Source: the human T2T-CHM13v2.0 reference genome, Homo sapiens. Taken from it: 64,000 bases of DNA. Both the position numbers and the translations under genes were made by a program. Under the pieces are notes generated by a model. The model was not told the origin of the DNA. It was given only the letters and a program-made list of their open reading frames with translations, and searched no databases. Of this stretch, positions 57,742 through 64,000 are shown in pieces (position 1 is the stretch's first letter; each line of letters starts with the position of its first letter). Location of the stretch: assembly GCF_009914755.1 (NCBI RefSeq), contig NC_060947.1. One strand, written 5' to 3'.

Positions 57742-58648
57742 GTGGAGGAGCCAAGATGGCCGAATAGGAATAGCTCCGGTCTACAGCTCCCAGTGTGAAC
57801 GACGCAGAAGACAGGTGATTTCTGCATTTCCATCTGAGGTACTGGGTTCATCTCACTAGGGAGTGCCAGACAGTGGGCGCAGGTCAGTGGGTGCGTGCAC
57901 CGTGCATGAGCTGAAGCAGGGCGAGGCATTGCCTCACTCAGGAAGCGCAAGGGGTCAGGGAGTTCCCTTTCCTAGTCAAAGAAAGGGGTGACAGATGGCA
58001 CCTGGAAAATCGGGTCACTCCCACCCAAATACTGCGCTTTTCCAACGGGCTTAAAAAACGGCACACCAGGAGATTATATCCCGCACCTGGCTCAGAGGGT
58101 CCTACGCCCACGGAGTCTCGCTGATCGCTAGCACAGCAGTCTGAGATCAAGCTGCAAGGTGGCAGGGAGGCTGGGGGAGGGGCGCCCGCAATTGCCCAGG
58201 CTTGCTTAGGTAAACAAAGCAGCCGGGAAGCTCCAACTGGGTGGAGCCCACCACAGCTCAAGGAGGCCTGCCTGCCTCTGTAGGCTCCACCTCTGGGGGC
58301 AGGGCACAGACAAACAAAAAGACAGCAGTAACCTCTGCAGACTTAAATGTCCCTGTCTGACAGCTTTGAAGAGAGCAGTGGTTCTCCTGGCACACAGCTG
58401 GAGATCTGAGAATGGGCAGACTGCCTCCTCAAGTGGGTCCCTGACCCCTGACCCCCGAGCAGCCTAACTGGGAGGCACCCCCCCAGCAGGGGCAGACTGA
58501 CACCTCACACGGCTGGGTACTTCAACAGACCTGTAGCTGAGGGTCCTGTCTGTTAGAAGGAAAACTAACAAACAGAAAGGACATCCACACCAAAAACCCA
58601 TCTGTACATCACCATCATCAAAGACCAAAAGTAGATAAAACCACAAAG
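57742..58648 (+). promoter_or_regulatory. L1 5'UTR internal sense/antisense promoter with intact YY1 site
   Basis: CAAGATGGCC at 57752-57761; residual CpGs across the UTR. Activity cannot be shown from sequence. Confidence 0.75.
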
Positions 58649-59712
58649 ATGGGGAAAAAACAGAGCAGAAAAACTGGAAACTCTAAAAATCGAGCACCTC
58701 TCCTCCTCCAAAGGAACGCAGCTCCTCACCAGCAATGGAACAAAGCTGGATGGAGAATGACTTTGACGAACTGAGAGAAGAAGTCTTCAGACAATCAAAT
58801 TACTCTGAGCTACGGGAGGACATTCAAACCAAAGGCAAAGAAGTTGAAAATTTTGAAAAAAATTTATAAGAATGTATAACTAGAATAACCAATACAGAGA
58901 AGTGCTTAAAGGAGCTGATGGAGCTGAAAACCATGGCACGAGAACTACGTGAAGAATGCAGAAGCCTCAGGAGCTGATGCAATCAACTGGAAGAAAGGGT
59001 ATCAGCGATGGAAGATGAAATGAATGAAATGAAGTGAGAAGGGAAGTTTAGAGAAAAAAGAATAAAAAGAAATGAACAAAGCCTCCAAGAAATATGGGAC
59101 TATGTGAAAAGACCAAATCTACATCTGATTGGTGTACCTGAAAGTGACGGGGAGAATGGAACCAAGTTGGAAAACACTCTGCAGGATATTATCCAGGAGA
59201 ACGTCCCCAATCTAGCAAGGCAGGCCAACATTCTGATTCAGGAAATACAGAGAATTCCACAAAGATACTCCTCAAGAAGAGCAACTCCAAGACACATAAT
59301 TGTCAGATTCACCAAAGTTGAAATGAAGGAAAAAATGTTAAGGGCAGCCAGAGAGAAAGGTTGGGTTACCCTCAAAGGGAAGCCCATCAGACTAACAGCG
59401 GATCTCTTGGCAGAAACTCTACAAGTCAGAAGAGAGTGGGGGCCAATATTCAACATTCTTAAAGAAAAGAATTTTCAACCCAGAATTTCATATCCAGCCA
59501 AACGAAGCTTCGTAAGTGAAGGAGAAATAAAATACTTTACAGACAAGCAAATGCTGAGAGATTTTGTCACCACCAGGCCTGCCCTAAAGGAGCTCCTGAA
59601 GGAAGCGCTAAACATGGAAAGGAACAACCGGTACCAGCTGCTGCAAAATCATGCCAAAGTGTAAAGACCATTGAGACTAGGAAGAAACTGCATCAACTAA
59701 TGAGCAAAATAA

Positions 59713-61986
<2,274 letters not shown>

Positions 61987-62226
61987 GTGAACTCCCATTC
62001 ACAATTGCTTCAGAGAGAATAAAATACCTAGGAATCCACCTTACAAGGGATGTGAAGGACCTCTTCAAGGAGAACTACAAACCACTGCTCAATGAAATAA
62101 AAGAGGATACAAACAAATGGAAGAACATTCCATGCTCATGGGTAGGAAGAATCAATATCATGAAAATGGCCATACTGCGCAAAGTAATTTACAGATTCAA
62201 TGCCATCCCCATCAAGCTACCAATGA

Positions 62227-62391
<165 letters not shown>

Positions 62392-62394
62392 TGA

Positions 62395-62937
<543 letters not shown>

Positions 62938-64000
62938 TGAAGGACATGAACAGACACTTCTCAAAAGAAGACATTTATGCAGCCAAAAAACACATGAAAC
63001 AATGCTCACCATCACTGGCCATCAGAGAAATGCAAATCAAAACCACAATGAGATACCATCTCACACCAGTTAGAATGGCAATCATTAAAAAGTCAGGAAA
63101 CAACAGGTGCTGGAGAGGATGTGGAGAAATAGGAACACTTTTACACTGTTGGTGGGAATGTAAACTAGTTCAACCTTTGTTGAAGTCAGTGTGATGATTC
63201 CTCAGGGATCTAGAACTAGAAATACCATTTGACCCAGCCATCCCATTACTGGGTATATACCCAAAGTACTATAAATCATGCTGCTATAAAGACACATGCA
63301 CATGTATGTTTATTGCGGCATTATTCACAATAGCAAAGACTTGGAACCAACCCAAATGTCCAACAATGATAGACTGGATTAAGAAAAGGTGGCACATATA
63401 CACCATGGAATACTATGCAGCCATAAAAAATGATGAGTTCATGTCCTTTGTAGGGACATGGATGAAATTGGAAATCACCATTCTCAGTAAACTATCGCAA
63501 GAACAAAAAAACAAACACCGCATATTCTCACTCATAGGTGGGAACTGAACAATGAGAACACATGGACACAGGAAGGGGAACATCACACTCTGGGGACTGT
63601 TGTGGGGTGGGGGGAGGGTGGAGGGATAGCATTGGGAGATATACCTAATGCTAGATGACGAGTTAGTGGGTGCAGCACACCAGCATGGCACATGTATACC
63701 TATGTAACAAACCTGCACATTGTGCACATGTACCCTAAAACTTAAAGTATAATAATAATAAAATAAATAAATAAATAAATGATAAAGGGGATATCACCAC
63801 CAATCCCACAGAAATACAAACTACCATCAGTGAGCACTATACACACCTCTACACAAATAAACTAGAATATCTAGAAGAAATGGATAAATTCCTGGACACA
63901 TACACCCTCCCAAGACTAAACCAGGAAGAAGTTGAATCCCTGAATAGACAATAACAAATTCTAAAATTGAGGCAGCAATTAATAGCCTACCAACAACAAC

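Overview
Hominoid (human/great-ape-like) nuclear DNA that is intergenic or deep intronic and almost entirely transposon-derived. No host protein-coding exon, RNA gene or CRISPR array could be supported; every long ORF is LINE-1 ORF1/ORF2, retroviral pol/env debris, or a by-product of a GC-rich VNTR. Main elements: an L1PA fragment running off the window start (1-3730), a full-length L1PA8-like element on the minus strand carrying a rare SVA2-type VNTR retrotransposon, MER11 and MER4-group LTRs, a collapsed MER4-group provirus with an inverted env segment, an LTR-less ERVL pol fragment, six Alus, and a deep nest of L1s at 48.5-64 kb including a full-length L1PA3/PA2-like copy. I did not find convincing evidence of an undescribed biological system. 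The best leads are mechanistic: the SVA2 insertion, a 3' transduction bounded by TSDs, a 109-bp templated insertion into an LTR, the rearranged provirus, and non-consensus variants shared in a non-tree-like way by three L1 copies. Repeat family and subfamily names come from recalled consensus sequences, not a database search, and boundaries of old repeats are approximate.
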